The notes under the pieces: generated by a model
The model's database searches: none
Told to the model about the DNA's origin: nothing
Seen by the model: only the letters and a program-made list of their open reading frames with translations
Source of the DNA: Blastocatellia bacterium
GTDB lineage: Bacteria > Acidobacteriota > Blastocatellia > RBC074
Length of the DNA: 49,522 nt
NCBI GenBank assembly: GCA_035275805.1
Contig: DATEMG010000417.1
Coordinates: 1-49,522 of the forward strand
Direction: 5' to 3'
Shown: in pieces, positions 32,334-45,634 of the stretch
Layout of the letters: every line of letters starts with the position of its first letter
How positions within the stretch are numbered: the first letter of the stretch is position 1
Program-made: the position numbers and the translations under genes

Positions 32334-34940
32334 ATGACAAGCAAACAGGTTCGGTTCATTTTGGGCGGCGTCTTCTTCGCTTTGCTGTTGGTCTATTGCG
32401 CTACGAGCTTCTACATCTGGCTTTATCCGCCCGGCAGCGATGGGGGCTGGCATGGTTCAGCCTCCTATGGTGAGTTTCACATCACCTACATAGATCCGCA
32501 AAGCCCTGCGAAAGATTTGCGCCCGGGCGACAAAATTATAGCCATCAATGGCGTGAAGGTGGCGGAGCGTGTGGGCGCATTGAACGACGCAAATCGCCTG
32601 CCGCCCGGTTCGCGTTATTCGATGACCATCGGGCGCGACGGCCAGGAACTGACTTTCGACTGGCAAACCACTCCGCGCCGGCGCGGCTCATTTCCGTGGG
32701 ATAAGTTGATTTCGCTGTTATTTTGTCTCTCCGGGCTGATAGTGCTGTCGCTCAAAGCGGAGGATCAACAGGCATGGCTGTTGGCTTTGATGTTGGGCAG
32801 CTTTTCGACATTATTGAACAACGGTTGGCAGGCGCAGATACCGGCCAATTGGCTGGCGTTGCTGGTCGCTTTAGCGCATATCGGAGGGGTTTTCTCAGCC
32901 CCACTGCTGTTTCATTTATTCCTCTACTTTCCTCAACCGGCGCCCTGGTTGCGGCGCTGGCCGAAGTTGACGAGATGGCTCTACGCGCCACTCTGCCTGT
33001 TCATGCTGCCGACTTTTGGCGTCGGCCGGTTGCCTCTTGAATGGTATGGCCCAATCTTCATTTGGCCGCCGTTTCGTTGGTTGGGGGAGCATGGGCTGCC
33101 GGAGGCCGGCTATCTTACGCTGCTGGGCTATATATTGGCGGCGCTGTTCTGTCTGTGGCTGAGTTACCGCACGGCGGATACGGCGGGGCGGAGGCGTTTG
33201 CGCGTCGTGATGTGGGGCAGCCTGATCGGCTTCGGCAGTCTTTTTCTTATGCTCGTGATGGAGGTGTCAAAAGCGCGGGAGAAGTGGAACACCATTTATG
33301 TATGGTTGGTGTATTTAGTGTTTTTTACGTTGCCGCTCGTGCCGCTCAGCTTCGCTTACGCCATCGTCCGCCATCGCGTCATCCCGATCAGCCTGATTCT
33401 GCGGCGCGGCGTGCGTTACCTGCTCGTATCGCGCGGTTCGATTCTGTTGGTGTTGCTCTTCACCGGCCTCATCGTGACGGCGCTGCTGTCGCTGTTGTTC
33501 AAGTATCTGCGCCCGTCGGCCTTGACCGTCGGTTTGGTCTCGGCTGCCGAAGGCATCGCGGCGTGGCAGGCGGCGCGCTGGCTGCATCGGCGCTACGTTG
33601 CGCCGGTGATCGACCGCAAGTTCTTCCGGCAGGCTTACGACGCGCAGCAGATCGTGGCCGACTTGTCCGAGTCGCTGCGCACGACGACCGAGATTCCGCG
33701 CCTGCTCGGGTCGGTGGCGAAGGAGTTGCAGGCGGCGCTGCAAACCGAAAGCGTGGTGATCTTTTTGCGCGACGGACAGACTGGCGATTATCGCAGCGCT
33801 TATGCCTGCGAATACGACCGGGTGGAAGGTCGCGTGGTCGACTGTCCGCCCGCAGGCCGCCTGCCGCATTACGCTGCGACGCTGGCGCGGCTCGCGCAAA
33901 CGGGCGAACCGCTCGAACTCGACGGCGGCGATCCGGAGTTCGATTTGGCGGCCAAGACCACCTCGAGGTTGACGGCCGAAGAACTGCGAACGCTGCTCGA
34001 ACTGAAAGCCTCGCTGCTGCTGCCGCTCAAGACGAAAGACGCGCTGCCGGGCGTCGTCGCGCTCGGCTCGCGGCTCGGCGACCTGCCGTTTTCCGGCGAA
34101 GACAAACGGCTGTTGCAATCGGTCGGCGCCGCGGCTTCACTTGCGTTCGAAAACGCCCAACTGGTCGAAGGCATGCTCGCCGAAGCGCGCCGCCGCCAGG
34201 AGATCGAGGCCGAAAACCAACAGCGCGCGAAAGAGATGGAAGAAGCGCGCCAGTTGCAGCTTTCGATGCTGCCGAAGGGCGTTCCGCATTTGCCCCACGT
34301 CGAAATCGCGGCATCCATGAAACCTGCCAGCGAAGTCGGCGGGGATTATTACGATTGGCGCCTCAGCGCGGACGGAACGTTGACGATCGCCATCGGCGAC
34401 GCGACCGGGCACGGTTTGAAAGCGGGCACGATGGTGACGGTCACCAAGGGTTTGTTCAATCATCTGGCCGAACAGGCTGACCTTGTCGCCACGCTCAGCC
34501 AGACCTCGCTCGCGTTGAAGCGGATGAATCTGCGTTCGCTGTTTATGGCGATGACGCTGGTCCGGCTGAAAGGAAATCGATTGCAATGCAGCGTGGCTGG
34601 GATGCCGCCGATTTTGATCTATCGCGCGGCCACGCGAACCGTCGAAGAGATTCCCTTGCGCGGCGCGCCGCTGGGTGGGCTGACCGACTACACTTATCGT
34701 CAGGCCGAGACCTTCTTGTCGGTCGGAGATCTCGTGCTGCTGCTCAGCGACGGTTTGCCCGAACGGTTCAACGCGGCGGGCGAAATGTTCGGTTACGACC
34801 GCAGCAAAGAGTCGTTGGTGGCCAATGCGCATGCCTCGCCGCAAGCCGTCATCGAACGCTTGTTGCAAACGGGCGAAGATTGGGCGGCTGGCGCCGCGGC
34901 GGCCGATGACATGACTTTCGTCGCATTGAAAATGAAATAA
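32334..34940 (+). CDS. Membrane-bound PP2C-type (SpoIIE) protein phosphatase with N-terminal PDZ, polytopic TM region and GAF domain
   Basis: 868 aa. PDZ: LRPGDKIIAINGVKV. About 9-10 TM helices. A GAF-like region (ESVVIFLRDGQTGDY...LLLPLKTKDALPGVVALGS). SpoIIE/PP2C: QLQLSMLP...MKPASEVGGDYYDW...IGDATGHGLKAG...LLSDGLPE...DDMTFVALK. Confidence 0.85.
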   Translation: MTSKQVRFILGGVFFALLLVYCATSFYIWLYPPGSDGGWHGSASYGEFHITYIDPQSPAKDLRPGDKIIAINGVKVAERVGALNDANRLPPGSRYSMTIGRDGQELTFDWQTTPRRRGSFPWDKLISLLFCLSGLIVLSLKAEDQQAWLLALMLGSFSTLLNNGWQAQIPANWLALLVALAHIGGVFSAPLLFHLFLYFPQPAPWLRRWPKLTRWLYAPLCLFMLPTFGVGRLPLEWYGPIFIWPPFRWLGEHGLPEAGYLTLLGYILAALFCLWLSYRTADTAGRRRLRVVMWGSLIGFGSLFLMLVMEVSKAREKWNTIYVWLVYLVFFTLPLVPLSFAYAIVRHRVIPISLILRRGVRYLLVSRGSILLVLLFTGLIVTALLSLLFKYLRPSALTVGLVSAAEGIAAWQAARWLHRRYVAPVIDRKFFRQAYDAQQIVADLSESLRTTTEIPRLLGSVAKELQAALQTESVVIFLRDGQTGDYRSAYACEYDRVEGRVVDCPPAGRLPHYAATLARLAQTGEPLELDGGDPEFDLAAKTTSRLTAEELRTLLELKASLLLPLKTKDALPGVVALGSRLGDLPFSGEDKRLLQSVGAAASLAFENAQLVEGMLAEARRRQEIEAENQQRAKEMEEARQLQLSMLPKGVPHLPHVEIAASMKPASEVGGDYYDWRLSADGTLTIAIGDATGHGLKAGTMVTVTKGLFNHLAEQADLVATLSQTSLALKRMNLRSLFMAMTLVRLKGNRLQCSVAGMPPILIYRAATRTVEEIPLRGAPLGGLTDYTYRQAETFLSVGDLVLLLSDGLPERFNAAGEMFGYDRSKESLVANAHASPQAVIERLLQTGEDWAAGAAAADDMTFVALKMK

Positions 34941-34962
34941 GTAAGCCGCTAAATTTTACTGT

Positions 34963-34990
34963 TTGACGGGTTGGACGATTGTGTTATAAG
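34963..34990 (+). promoter_or_regulatory. Sigma70-like promoter candidate (TTGACG-N16-TATAAG with TGn extended -10)
   Basis: TTGACG is at 34963-34968 and TGTTATAAG at 34982-34990, about 75 nt upstream of the first gene of the 35-40 kb array. This is a by-eye match only. Confidence 0.35.
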
Positions 34991-35062
34991 CGATACGTTA
35001 GGCTTAGAGGCAAGAATCCAGCGCCAGGTCTTGCCCTTAAGTAATACTGCGGAGACCTCAAG

Positions 35063-35749
35063 ATGGTTCACAAAACAAAAGAGATGAAAATCCTTGCCAC
35101 GCCGGAAAAGGGAGAAGTCTCCGCGCTGCTGATTCGGCCTGCCGGCGCTAGCCATATGCTTGTCCTCGGCCACGGGGCCAGCACGAACATGCGGCATGCC
35201 ACACTCCAGACCATCGCGGAGCGGATGTCCGACGTAGGGATTGCGACCTTCCGCTACAACTTTCCTTACATGGAATACGGTAGGGGACGCGACTCACAGG
35301 AGGTTTGCACAACGACCGTTCGTTCAGCAGTCGCTGCGGCGCACAAGGCCGCGCCTGACCTCGCCCTCCTGGCCGGCGGCCACTCATTCGGCGGGCGCAT
35401 GACTTCCACGGCGGCCTCGGATGCCCCGCTCGAGAACGTAGACGGTCTGGTCTTTTTTTCCTTCCCGTTGCATCAACCTGGTAAGCCTGACACTAAGCGC
35501 GCGGACCATCTCAACGCGGTCGCGGTACCGATGCTCTTTCTAAGTGGCACGCGCGACGAAATGGCGAGCCTAGACCTTCTACAACCCGTCTGCAAAAAAC
35601 TCGGCAAACGCACGACACTCCACCTGCTGGACACCGCCGACCATGGCTTCCGCATTCTCAAACGCTCCCGCAAGAGCGATGAAGATGTGTTCGCCGAGAT
35701 GGCCCGCGTCCTCAAGGAGTGGGCCGGGAGTTGGCATACTGTGAAGTGA
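35063..35749 (+). CDS. Alpha/beta-hydrolase-fold protein (COG3571 / KANL3-Tex30-like)
   Basis: MLVLGHGASTNMRHATLQTIAERMSDVGIATFRYNFPYME and the nucleophile elbow GGHSFGGRM are present, followed by FLSGTRDEM and TADHGF. Confidence 0.8.
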   Translation: MVHKTKEMKILATPEKGEVSALLIRPAGASHMLVLGHGASTNMRHATLQTIAERMSDVGIATFRYNFPYMEYGRGRDSQEVCTTTVRSAVAAAHKAAPDLALLAGGHSFGGRMTSTAASDAPLENVDGLVFFSFPLHQPGKPDTKRADHLNAVAVPMLFLSGTRDEMASLDLLQPVCKKLGKRTTLHLLDTADHGFRILKRSRKSDEDVFAEMARVLKEWAGSWHTVK

Positions 35750-35773
35750 CGCCCTTTTCGTCTACAGGAGGTA

Positions 35774-36163
35774 ATGATGAAAGCATTGTTTAAGACCGCA
35801 TCGCCCTACGCCGACGACGCTATGAACCTTCCGGTTCAAAATGTCGATGCGGCGATTCCTTACTATGAAAAAGTCTTCAGCTTCCGCGTAGTGTCACGAC
35901 AAGACGCGCCGCATAAGTCGGTTATTCTCGGGCGAGACAGCATTCAGATCGGCCTGGCCGAAAACGGAGGCGACCCAACGCAGGAAGGATGTTTCTTCGA
36001 GGTGGACGACATCGAAACCGCCTTCGCGGAGTTGAAGTCAAATGGTTTAGAAAAAGAAGAAGCGGGCTTCCGCATTGACCGATACGGGGACACTTCCTGG
36101 AAAGTCTTTTTCGTCGTGGCGCCGGACGGTCTTTGTTACTGCCTCGGCGAACGGCAAGGCTGA
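35774..36163 (+). CDS. VOC-family (glyoxalase-fold) protein
   Basis: 129 aa. An AGGAGG RBS is present. LPVQNVDAAIPYYEKVFSFRVV...FFEVDDIETAFAELKSNG...FVVAPDGLCYCLGE. Confidence 0.7.
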   Translation: MMKALFKTASPYADDAMNLPVQNVDAAIPYYEKVFSFRVVSRQDAPHKSVILGRDSIQIGLAENGGDPTQEGCFFEVDDIETAFAELKSNGLEKEEAGFRIDRYGDTSWKVFFVVAPDGLCYCLGERQG

Positions 36164-36177
36164 GAATGGAGGTTAAC

Positions 36178-36609
36178 ATGGCCGAACTCAAGACAAAACG
36201 CAATGACGCTTCCATTGATGACTTTCTCAACGCCATCAAAGATGAACAGGTCCGCAAAGACTGTTGGACGATAGCCGAAATCATGCAGAAAGCCACGAAG
36301 GCAAAACCGCAAATGTGGGGTTCCAGCATTGTTGGTTTCGGCAGTTTTCGTTACAAATACAGCAGCGGTCGCGAGAACGAATGGATGCTGGCCGCATTTT
36401 CCCCACGCAAACAGAACATCACTCTCTACATCTGGCCCGGCTTCGAAGGCTACGGCGAACTGATGGCTCAACTCGGCAAATATTCGTGCGGTAAGGCATG
36501 CGTCTACATCAAGCGGCTCTCGGACGTCCATCTGCCGACGCTCAAGAAGCTAATCAATGGATCCGTCAAGCACATGCTCAAGACCAATCCGCCGGAAAAG
36601 CGGCGATAA
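36178..36609 (+). CDS. DUF1801 (YdhG-like) domain protein
   Basis: The start is set at ATG 36178 (MAELKTKRNDASIDDFLNAIKDEQVRKDC..., then MWGSSIVGFG.Y.Y.....EW..AAFSPRKQNITLYI). Confidence 0.8.
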   Translation: MAELKTKRNDASIDDFLNAIKDEQVRKDCWTIAEIMQKATKAKPQMWGSSIVGFGSFRYKYSSGRENEWMLAAFSPRKQNITLYIWPGFEGYGELMAQLGKYSCGKACVYIKRLSDVHLPTLKKLINGSVKHMLKTNPPEKRR

Positions 36610-36610
36610 A

Positions 36611-37438
36611 ATGACGCTGATAGGCGTCATTTCCGCCGATACGAAGATGCATTACGCCGTCGAAAAACTGCAACGGAGATTAACAGACGCCGCGGACCCG
36701 GACCGGGCCCCCTTGGGCCATGCGCGGCTTTCAGCGCTTGAAGTTGGAGAACGGTTGTATTTGGATTTCTGTGGGTCTCCTTTCGACGAGCCGTACCATG
36801 AGCTTTGTCAGACTCTCATCCTTCCAGATGTAGCTTTCAGGCTTGGCTCGTTGTCGCTACGGGCGCCAGCAGATGAGGCGTCGAATGGAACGCGTAACTG
36901 GAACTTAACACCTCTCGTTGAGGCCCAGGTATTATTTCCAAACCTGCGATCATTTTCAGTGGAGCAAAACAGCCCTGGAGATCATAACCGTATCATTGTA
37001 GCCGCCGATTACGACGAAGATGGCGTCATTGGGCGACTCCTCTGCAAGGCTCCTTCTCTTGAGGCTCTGACTGTTCCGACAGCTCCAGACAGGACATTCT
37101 TTGCGCTCGAAAGGCGCCTGCTGCGCTTCTTGAACGTCGACGCGGGTTATGATGCGCAAGGTTTCATTCGTAACATTGCCGATTCATCCTGCTTTCCTCG
37201 TTTGGAAACGCTTGAGTTTGGGGAGTTCAACGAAACGTATCTTGACGACTTTCCGTCTGGCTGTACGCCATTCGACGACTATCGCCGACTATTCAAATCA
37301 AAAGCCTTCTCAACAGTTCGGTTGTTTGTGTGGCGCAATCCGGTCTGCTCAGAAGCAGAAATCGAAGAACTGCGGTCACTGCGGCCAAAGAGCGACCTGC
37401 AGATTCAGATCGTGCAGTTCTCATCACGATACGTCTAG
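36611..37438 (+). CDS. Hypothetical protein, leucine-rich-repeat-like (resembles the STM4015-type family)
   Basis: The start is set at ATG 36611, 1 nt after the DUF1801 stop. Repeated L-x-x-L-x-L segments are present ([42 protein letters not shown]). The family call is from memory only. Confidence 0.45.
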   Translation: MTLIGVISADTKMHYAVEKLQRRLTDAADPDRAPLGHARLSALEVGERLYLDFCGSPFDEPYHELCQTLILPDVAFRLGSLSLRAPADEASNGTRNWNLTPLVEAQVLFPNLRSFSVEQNSPGDHNRIIVAADYDEDGVIGRLLCKAPSLEALTVPTAPDRTFFALERRLLRFLNVDAGYDAQGFIRNIADSSCFPRLETLEFGEFNETYLDDFPSGCTPFDDYRRLFKSKAFSTVRLFVWRNPVCSEAEIEELRSLRPKSDLQIQIVQFSSRYV

Positions 37439-37493
37439 CGCTATCAGAAAGGTTTGTCCGGCCAGATTCGTTTCGACATCTTCGGGACCTCGC

Positions 37494-38429
37494 ATGGGGA
37501 ATGTATCGATTCAACAAAAATTCGCTGAAGCGCTTGACGCGCTAATCGAGCAGGTGAAAGAGGACCGCTCCATTCTCGCGGCCATCCTCTGCGGCAGCCT
37601 GTCGCACGACGCGGTATGGGCGAAATCAGACATCGACCTCGTGCTGGTGACGATTGATGACAAAAAGGCGCCCCAGACAGGGCTGTCGCTCTATGCGGAC
37701 GGGGTGAATATTCACGCGTTCCTCATGCCGCGCGCAGAGTTTCGCAAGACAGTTGAGGGCTCGATCCACAACTCGTTCATGCATTCCTTTCTGGCCAAGG
37801 GAAGGCTGCTCTACACCCACGATCAGACGATAGCCGATCTATGCGAGAGGCTTCAGGAAATGGGCGAGAGAGACCTGCAGGTTCAACTCCTGCGCGCGGC
37901 GACCTCCGCGTTGCCGGCGATCTACAAGGCCCACAAATTTCTCATCACACGCGGCGACCTCGACTACACGGCGCTGTGGATTCTCTATGCCGCGACCCCG
38001 CTGGCGCGGATCGAGGTAATAGGCGCTCGTCTGCTGGCTGACCGTGAGGTGATTCCGCAGGCGATGAAATTGAACCCGGCGTTCTTCAAGATCGTATACG
38101 TCGACTTGCTAAACTCAAAAAAGACGCGGAAGGCTGTGCAGACGGCGCTGGACGCTATTGACCGCTACGTGGCGGAGCGCGCGGCGAGGCTGTTTGCGCC
38201 CGTGATCGATTATCTGCGAGAGGTCGGCGAAGCGCGATCGTGCAGTGAGATCGAAGACCATTTCAAAAGGAATTTCGACGTGGAAGGAGTGACTACGGCG
38301 TGCGAGTACCTGGCCGACCAGGGTCTTATCGGCAAGGCCTCGACGCCCGTCCGCCTCACGAAGAGGAGCAACGTCGAAGCGCAGGAACTGGCGTTTTTCT
38401 ACCTGGAGGAAGCTTCGGATGGACGATAA
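37494..38429 (+). CDS. Nucleotidyltransferase-fold (Pol-beta-like NTase) domain protein with a helical and possibly winged-helix C-terminal part
   Basis: The start is set at ATG 37494. The GS-X10-DxD motif ([20 protein letters not shown]) is typical of minimal or antibiotic-type NTases. The C-terminal region is SCSEIEDHF...[11 protein letters not shown]. The track ORF from 37149 overlaps the previous gene in another frame. Confidence 0.6.
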   Translation: MGNVSIQQKFAEALDALIEQVKEDRSILAAILCGSLSHDAVWAKSDIDLVLVTIDDKKAPQTGLSLYADGVNIHAFLMPRAEFRKTVEGSIHNSFMHSFLAKGRLLYTHDQTIADLCERLQEMGERDLQVQLLRAATSALPAIYKAHKFLITRGDLDYTALWILYAATPLARIEVIGARLLADREVIPQAMKLNPAFFKIVYVDLLNSKKTRKAVQTALDAIDRYVAERAARLFAPVIDYLREVGEARSCSEIEDHFKRNFDVEGVTTACEYLADQGLIGKASTPVRLTKRSNVEAQELAFFYLEEASDGR

Positions 38430-40257
38430 GACAATGGCAAAGCCAGCGCCCGAGTCCCCTGAGAAGAAGGGCCGCGCGCGCAGGGTGAGGAAGAATCTGA
38501 AGCAAGGGATGGCTCTCGCATGGGCGGCCTCGCCGCGTTCGCTGATCCGCTATTCGTTGCTGGGGATGATGAGCGCGACAATGCCTCCAGTCGCCGTCTT
38601 ACTGGGGGCCAGTCTCGTCAACCGAATCGCCGAGGCCCGCGCGCAGTCGCTCGCCTTCAGGGATCTGCTGCCCATCGTGGTCGGCTTGTGGATCGTGATC
38701 GGCGCGCAGCGGGCGATTGGCGCGTATATGGGCTACGGCAGAAATCTGTTCGTCCGGCGTGTTGAGTTGGAAGCGGAGCGGCGGTTGTTGGCCCAGGCTT
38801 CGAAGGTCGACATCGGACACTTCGACAACTCGGACTGGCACGACCGTCTGTCGCGCGCCAAGCGTGAGGTCTCCTGGAGGCCCGGAGACCTCACGTGGTC
38901 GATCCTGGGGCTGTCGGGCAACATTGTGACAATAGCATTGATGGCGACGCTCCTCGCGAGCCTTCACTACCTTCTGGTCGTTCTCGCGCTGGCGGCGGCG
39001 GCGCTCTCACTCGCGCTCGAGCGTCGCATGACTTTGCGTATATACGAGTTCTTCTACAAAGAGACGCCGGAAGAGCGAGAGCGCCAGTATATGGGCGATT
39101 TGCTGGCTCAGCCCCGCACGACAAAGGAAATCAGGGCCTACGTGCTGGCCGACTACCTGCTCGGAAGGCACCGCAACCTGTCAGAAGGGCTTTTCAAACA
39201 GAGGGAACAGATGTTCCGAGCGGGCACGCGCATCTCGATGCTGAGCGGCCTCGTGACCGGCACGGCCCTTGCGCTCGCGTATGCGTTTGTAGCCGTTCAG
39301 GGAATTTCAGGCGCCATTGACCCGGGCGGCGTCGTGCTGGTGATCGGCGCCTTCACATCGGTTGCGGGTACGCTGGGACAGGTTTCGAGCACGTTCGTGG
39401 CTGTTGATCAACACACCACATTCCTCGACGACTACTTTTCTTTTCTGGCCATAGAGCCGCTAGTGCCCGCGCCGGTCAAGCCTCGGTCCGCGCCGAACCG
39501 ATTTACCGAAGGTGTAGAGTTCGACAACATCACATTCTCATACCCCGGCGGAACCGAGCCTGCTCTTGCGGGATTGAGTTTGCGCATACGCGGCGGCGAA
39601 CTGATCGCGCTCGTTGGCGAGAACGGGGCCGGGAAAAGCACGCTCGTCAAACTGCTGCTTCGTTTTTACGACCCGGATGAAGGGGCGGTTCGCGCGGGTG
39701 GCGTCGATTTGAAGGATCTGGCCCCTGAAGAGCTGCGCAGACGGATCGGAGTGTTGTTTCAGGACTATGCGAGTTACGAATTGACAGTGCGTGAAAACGT
39801 CGTGATGGGCCGCCCCGACGTCAAGGTCGACGACGAACGGGTGATGGAGGCGTTGGAGGACGCCCGCAGCGAATGGCTGGTGAAGAAGATGCCGAACGGC
39901 CTCGATTCCAAGGTGGGACGTCTCTTCGAGGGCGGGCACGACCTCTCAGGAGGCGAGTGGCAGCGCCTGGCGCTGGCTCGACTTATGTATCGGGACGCCG
40001 ACATCTGGATTCTGGACGAGCCGACTTCCTCACTCGACCCGGAGGCGGAGGCGGCGATCTTCGCCGAACTGAAGGAGAACCTTAAAGGACGCATCGGCGT
40101 CGTGATCTCGCACCGGTTCTCGACAGTGCGCATCGCCGACAGAATCGCGGTGGTCGCCGACGGGCGCGTGACGGAATTGGGCACGCATGATGAATTGCTC
40201 GCGGCGCAGGGCCGCTATGCGCAACTCTTTGAGTTACAGGCCGCCGGGTATCGCTAA
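38419..40257 (+). CDS. ABC exporter, fused permease/ATPase (type I exporter, MsbA/ABCB-like half transporter)
   Basis: 612 aa. A six-helix TMD is followed by Walker A (GENGAGKST), the signature LSGGEWQR, Walker B (IWILDEPTS) and the H-loop (SHR). Its start overlaps the NTase stop by 11 nt; the alternative ATG 38434 lies 4 nt after that stop. Confidence 0.9.
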   Translation: MDDKTMAKPAPESPEKKGRARRVRKNLKQGMALAWAASPRSLIRYSLLGMMSATMPPVAVLLGASLVNRIAEARAQSLAFRDLLPIVVGLWIVIGAQRAIGAYMGYGRNLFVRRVELEAERRLLAQASKVDIGHFDNSDWHDRLSRAKREVSWRPGDLTWSILGLSGNIVTIALMATLLASLHYLLVVLALAAAALSLALERRMTLRIYEFFYKETPEERERQYMGDLLAQPRTTKEIRAYVLADYLLGRHRNLSEGLFKQREQMFRAGTRISMLSGLVTGTALALAYAFVAVQGISGAIDPGGVVLVIGAFTSVAGTLGQVSSTFVAVDQHTTFLDDYFSFLAIEPLVPAPVKPRSAPNRFTEGVEFDNITFSYPGGTEPALAGLSLRIRGGELIALVGENGAGKSTLVKLLLRFYDPDEGAVRAGGVDLKDLAPEELRRRIGVLFQDYASYELTVRENVVMGRPDVKVDDERVMEALEDARSEWLVKKMPNGLDSKVGRLFEGGHDLSGGEWQRLALARLMYRDADIWILDEPTSSLDPEAEAAIFAELKENLKGRIGVVISHRFSTVRIADRIAVVADGRVTELGTHDELLAAQGRYAQLFELQAAGYR

Positions 40258-40259
40258 AG

Positions 40260-40452
40260 CCTGGGTACGCGCCGCTTCCAGCGCGCAGGCTCGGATGGCA
40301 GATCCATCGAAGGCCCAAGGCCTGCTTGGAACTGGGGGGCTCAGGCTCATAAGCAATAAGCGTCAAAATAAGCGAGTGGGTTTCGTGGGCGTTTGATTCC
40401 AATCAATGCGTCTTTTGCCGAGACTGCGCGCTGGAAGCGGCGCGTACCCAGG
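40260..40452. repeat. MITE-like palindromic element, copy B
   Basis: Left arm 40260-40294 is CCTGGGTACGCGCCGCTTCCAGCGCGCAGGCTCGG. Right arm 40417-40452 is GCCGAGACTGCGCGCTGGAAGCGGCGCGTACCCAGG. The same internal palindrome TTGATTCCAATCAA sits at 40393-40406. About 60 nt at the right end are nearly identical to copy A. Confidence 0.75.
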
Positions 40453-40503
40453 TTGTGGTCCTTGACACACAGGGGCTTCATACTAATGCGAAGGAATTAC
40501 GGG

Positions 40504-43458
<2,955 letters not shown>

Positions 43459-43480
43459 CCATTAAATAGAGATAAAGTTT

Positions 43481-43750
43481 ATGTGTAGGAATATCAAGAC
43501 GCTCTTCAACTTCGAACCGCCTGTGACGGACGAAGAGATACGAGCGGCCTCACTACAATTCGTGAGAAAGTTGAGCGGCTTCAATAAACCATCAAAATCC
43601 AACGAAGTTGCATTCCTGGCCGCCGTTGATGAGATCGAGGCAATCTCCAGAAATCTGCTGAACGCGCTTGAGACGAACGCGCCTCCGAGAAACCGTGAAG
43701 AAGAGGCCGCCAAAGCGCGTGCGCGTTCCGCCCGGAGGTTTCCCACGTGA
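43481..43750 (+). CDS. DUF2277 domain protein
   Basis: MCRNIKTLFNFEPPVTDEEIRAASLQFVRKLSGFNKPSKSNEVAF is the characteristic DUF2277 N-terminus. Confidence 0.8.
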   Translation: MCRNIKTLFNFEPPVTDEEIRAASLQFVRKLSGFNKPSKSNEVAFLAAVDEIEAISRNLLNALETNAPPRNREEEAAKARARSARRFPT

Positions 43751-43785
43751 ATGGCGCCTCCGGTGTTTGCGGCAAAGAACGAGTC

Positions 43786-43883
43786 AATAGAACGCGGATG
43801 ACACGGATGGGAGCGGATCTTCGCGGATAAACCCGGGAAAGATCGGCGTCAATCCGCTCAATCCGCGTCATCCGCGTTCTATT
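43786..43883. repeat. Heptamer-based hairpin (GCGGAT / ATCCGCG units), 23-nt arms
   Basis: 43786-43808 (AATAGAACGCGGATGACACGGAT) pairs with 43861-43883 (ATCCGCGTCATCCGCGTTCTATT) with 1 mismatch. Further GCGGAT/ATCCGC units lie in the spacer. Confidence 0.8.
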
Positions 43884-43940
43884 AACCCGTGCGCCGATGT
43901 GAAAACCAGTCTAAATGAGATACAGATCCGTGGAGGTCGA

Positions 43941-45464
43941 ATGAGGACAAAATTGTTCACACTGATTTTTGCGCTGACCGTGGGGCTATTGAGCGCAACA
44001 GCCGGAGGCGCTGGCGTCCAGCTTTTGCAGCCTGGTTATGTGGATGAATTTGTCGGAAATCCGCGCATCGTGGTGTTAAGCGATATGGGCAACGAGCCTG
44101 ACGACCAGATGTCTTTCGTGCGCCTGCTGCTTTATTCCAACGAACTGGACCTGGAAGCTTTGATCGCCACCACTTCTACGTGGCAGAAAAACAAAGTTCA
44201 ACCCGATACCATGCGTAAGCTGATCGCGGCCTATGGCGAGGCGCGGCCAAACCTGCTCAAACATGCTTCGGGTTGGCCGGAAGCCGCCAGGCTGGACGCG
44301 CTGGTAGCGTCCGGGCAGACTGCTTACGGCATGGCGGCCGTCGGGACCGACAAGATGTCTCCCGGCGCCGAGGCGATCGTCCGGGCTGTGGACCGGCCCG
44401 ATCCGCGCCCGCTTTGGATCACCATTTGGGGCGGCGCGAACACGCTGGCGCAGGCGCTTCTGCAGGTGCGAGCGACCAGGTCGCCGGCCGAACTGGACAA
44501 GTTCCTGATTAAACTCAGAGTCAACTCGATTTCGGATCAAGACGACGCGGGTCCCTGGATTCGTCGTGAGTTCCCCGGCTTGCATTACATCGTCAAACCG
44601 AGCAGTCCCGACGGCGGCGAATACTATTACGCCACGTGGACAGGCATCAGCGGAGACGCTTATTACCGAAATTGCGCAGGCGCCGATTCGACCACGGTCA
44701 CCAACGAATGGCTGGAAACGAACATCCGCGCCAAAGGCCCGCTGGGTAAGCTTTATCCGAAGTTCGCCTTCATTATGGAAGGCGACACGCCCTCCTTTCT
44801 CGGTCTCACGAACAACGGCCTCAATAGCTATCGCAATCCGAGCTGGGGCGGATGGGGCGGACGTTACGTCTATCGGCAGCCTTATGGCGAGACGCGTCCG
44901 ATCTGGACACAGGGCGGCGACCTCTTCAGTCGGGTCACCTCGCAAGACACCGTCACCGGGGCCGACGGTAAAACTTATGTGTCGGACCATGCGACGATCT
45001 GGCGATGGCGCACGGCCTTTCAACATGGTTTCGCCGCGCGCATGGATTGGACGGTCAAAGCTTACGCTGATGCGAACCACAACCCTTCGGTCATCGTGAA
45101 TGGGAAGGATGGCGCCGCCCCGGTCATCATCGAGGCGCAAGTTGGCGCGCCGGTCACACTCGACGCCAGCCTCAGTAGTGACCCTGACGGCCAAAGACTC
45201 AGTTATCAGTGGTTCCATTATCCCGAGGCGGGCTTTGTTCCGGGGCAGAACATGGCAGCTGTCACGATTTCGCAAGGCGACAAAGCCCGAGCCGTCGTAA
45301 CCGCTACGGCGGCGTGCAGCCCGAACTGGTTCCCAGCGAACAGGCCATGTTCGTCAGGAGTCGCTCACATTATCCTTGCGGTAACTGATAGCGGTTCGCC
45401 TTCCCTGACTTCGTACAGGCGCGTTATTCTGAAGGTCAGCGCCACGCGCAACAGCGCGCAATGA
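43941..45464 (+). CDS. DUF1593 (nucleoside-hydrolase-like) domain protein with an Ig-like C-terminal domain, secreted
   Basis: The start is set at ATG 43941 (GGAGG upstream; signal peptide MRTKLFTLIFALTVGLLSATAGG). PRIVVLSDMGNEPDDQMSFVRLLLYSNELDLEALIATTS is the DUF1593 signature. Confidence 0.75.
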   Translation: MRTKLFTLIFALTVGLLSATAGGAGVQLLQPGYVDEFVGNPRIVVLSDMGNEPDDQMSFVRLLLYSNELDLEALIATTSTWQKNKVQPDTMRKLIAAYGEARPNLLKHASGWPEAARLDALVASGQTAYGMAAVGTDKMSPGAEAIVRAVDRPDPRPLWITIWGGANTLAQALLQVRATRSPAELDKFLIKLRVNSISDQDDAGPWIRREFPGLHYIVKPSSPDGGEYYYATWTGISGDAYYRNCAGADSTTVTNEWLETNIRAKGPLGKLYPKFAFIMEGDTPSFLGLTNNGLNSYRNPSWGGWGGRYVYRQPYGETRPIWTQGGDLFSRVTSQDTVTGADGKTYVSDHATIWRWRTAFQHGFAARMDWTVKAYADANHNPSVIVNGKDGAAPVIIEAQVGAPVTLDASLSSDPDGQRLSYQWFHYPEAGFVPGQNMAAVTISQGDKARAVVTATAACSPNWFPANRPCSSGVAHIILAVTDSGSPSLTSYRRVILKVSATRNSAQ

Positions 45465-45634
45465 GCAATACACGGAGCCAACATTTCGAGCGCGTATGCG
45501 CGCCGCAAAAAAAATTATTCGACGTGTCGATTTCCCTCAAAATCATTCGACGTACTGATAGAGCGAGGGATTAGCCGGTCAATTCCGTCCGGAACCCCAG
45601 CTCCTAAATCTATAAACTATAAGGAGAAATTACG

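Noticed and set aside
40393-40503. N-terminal extension of the UvrA ORF ([20 protein letters not shown]...), together with the similar ORF 3587..3775 ([20 protein letters not shown]...).
   Set aside because: Both are translations of the MITE-like repeat. They start at the TTG of its internal palindrome TTGATTCCAATCAA. A proper ATG with an RBS exists at 40504, where UvrA homology begins.
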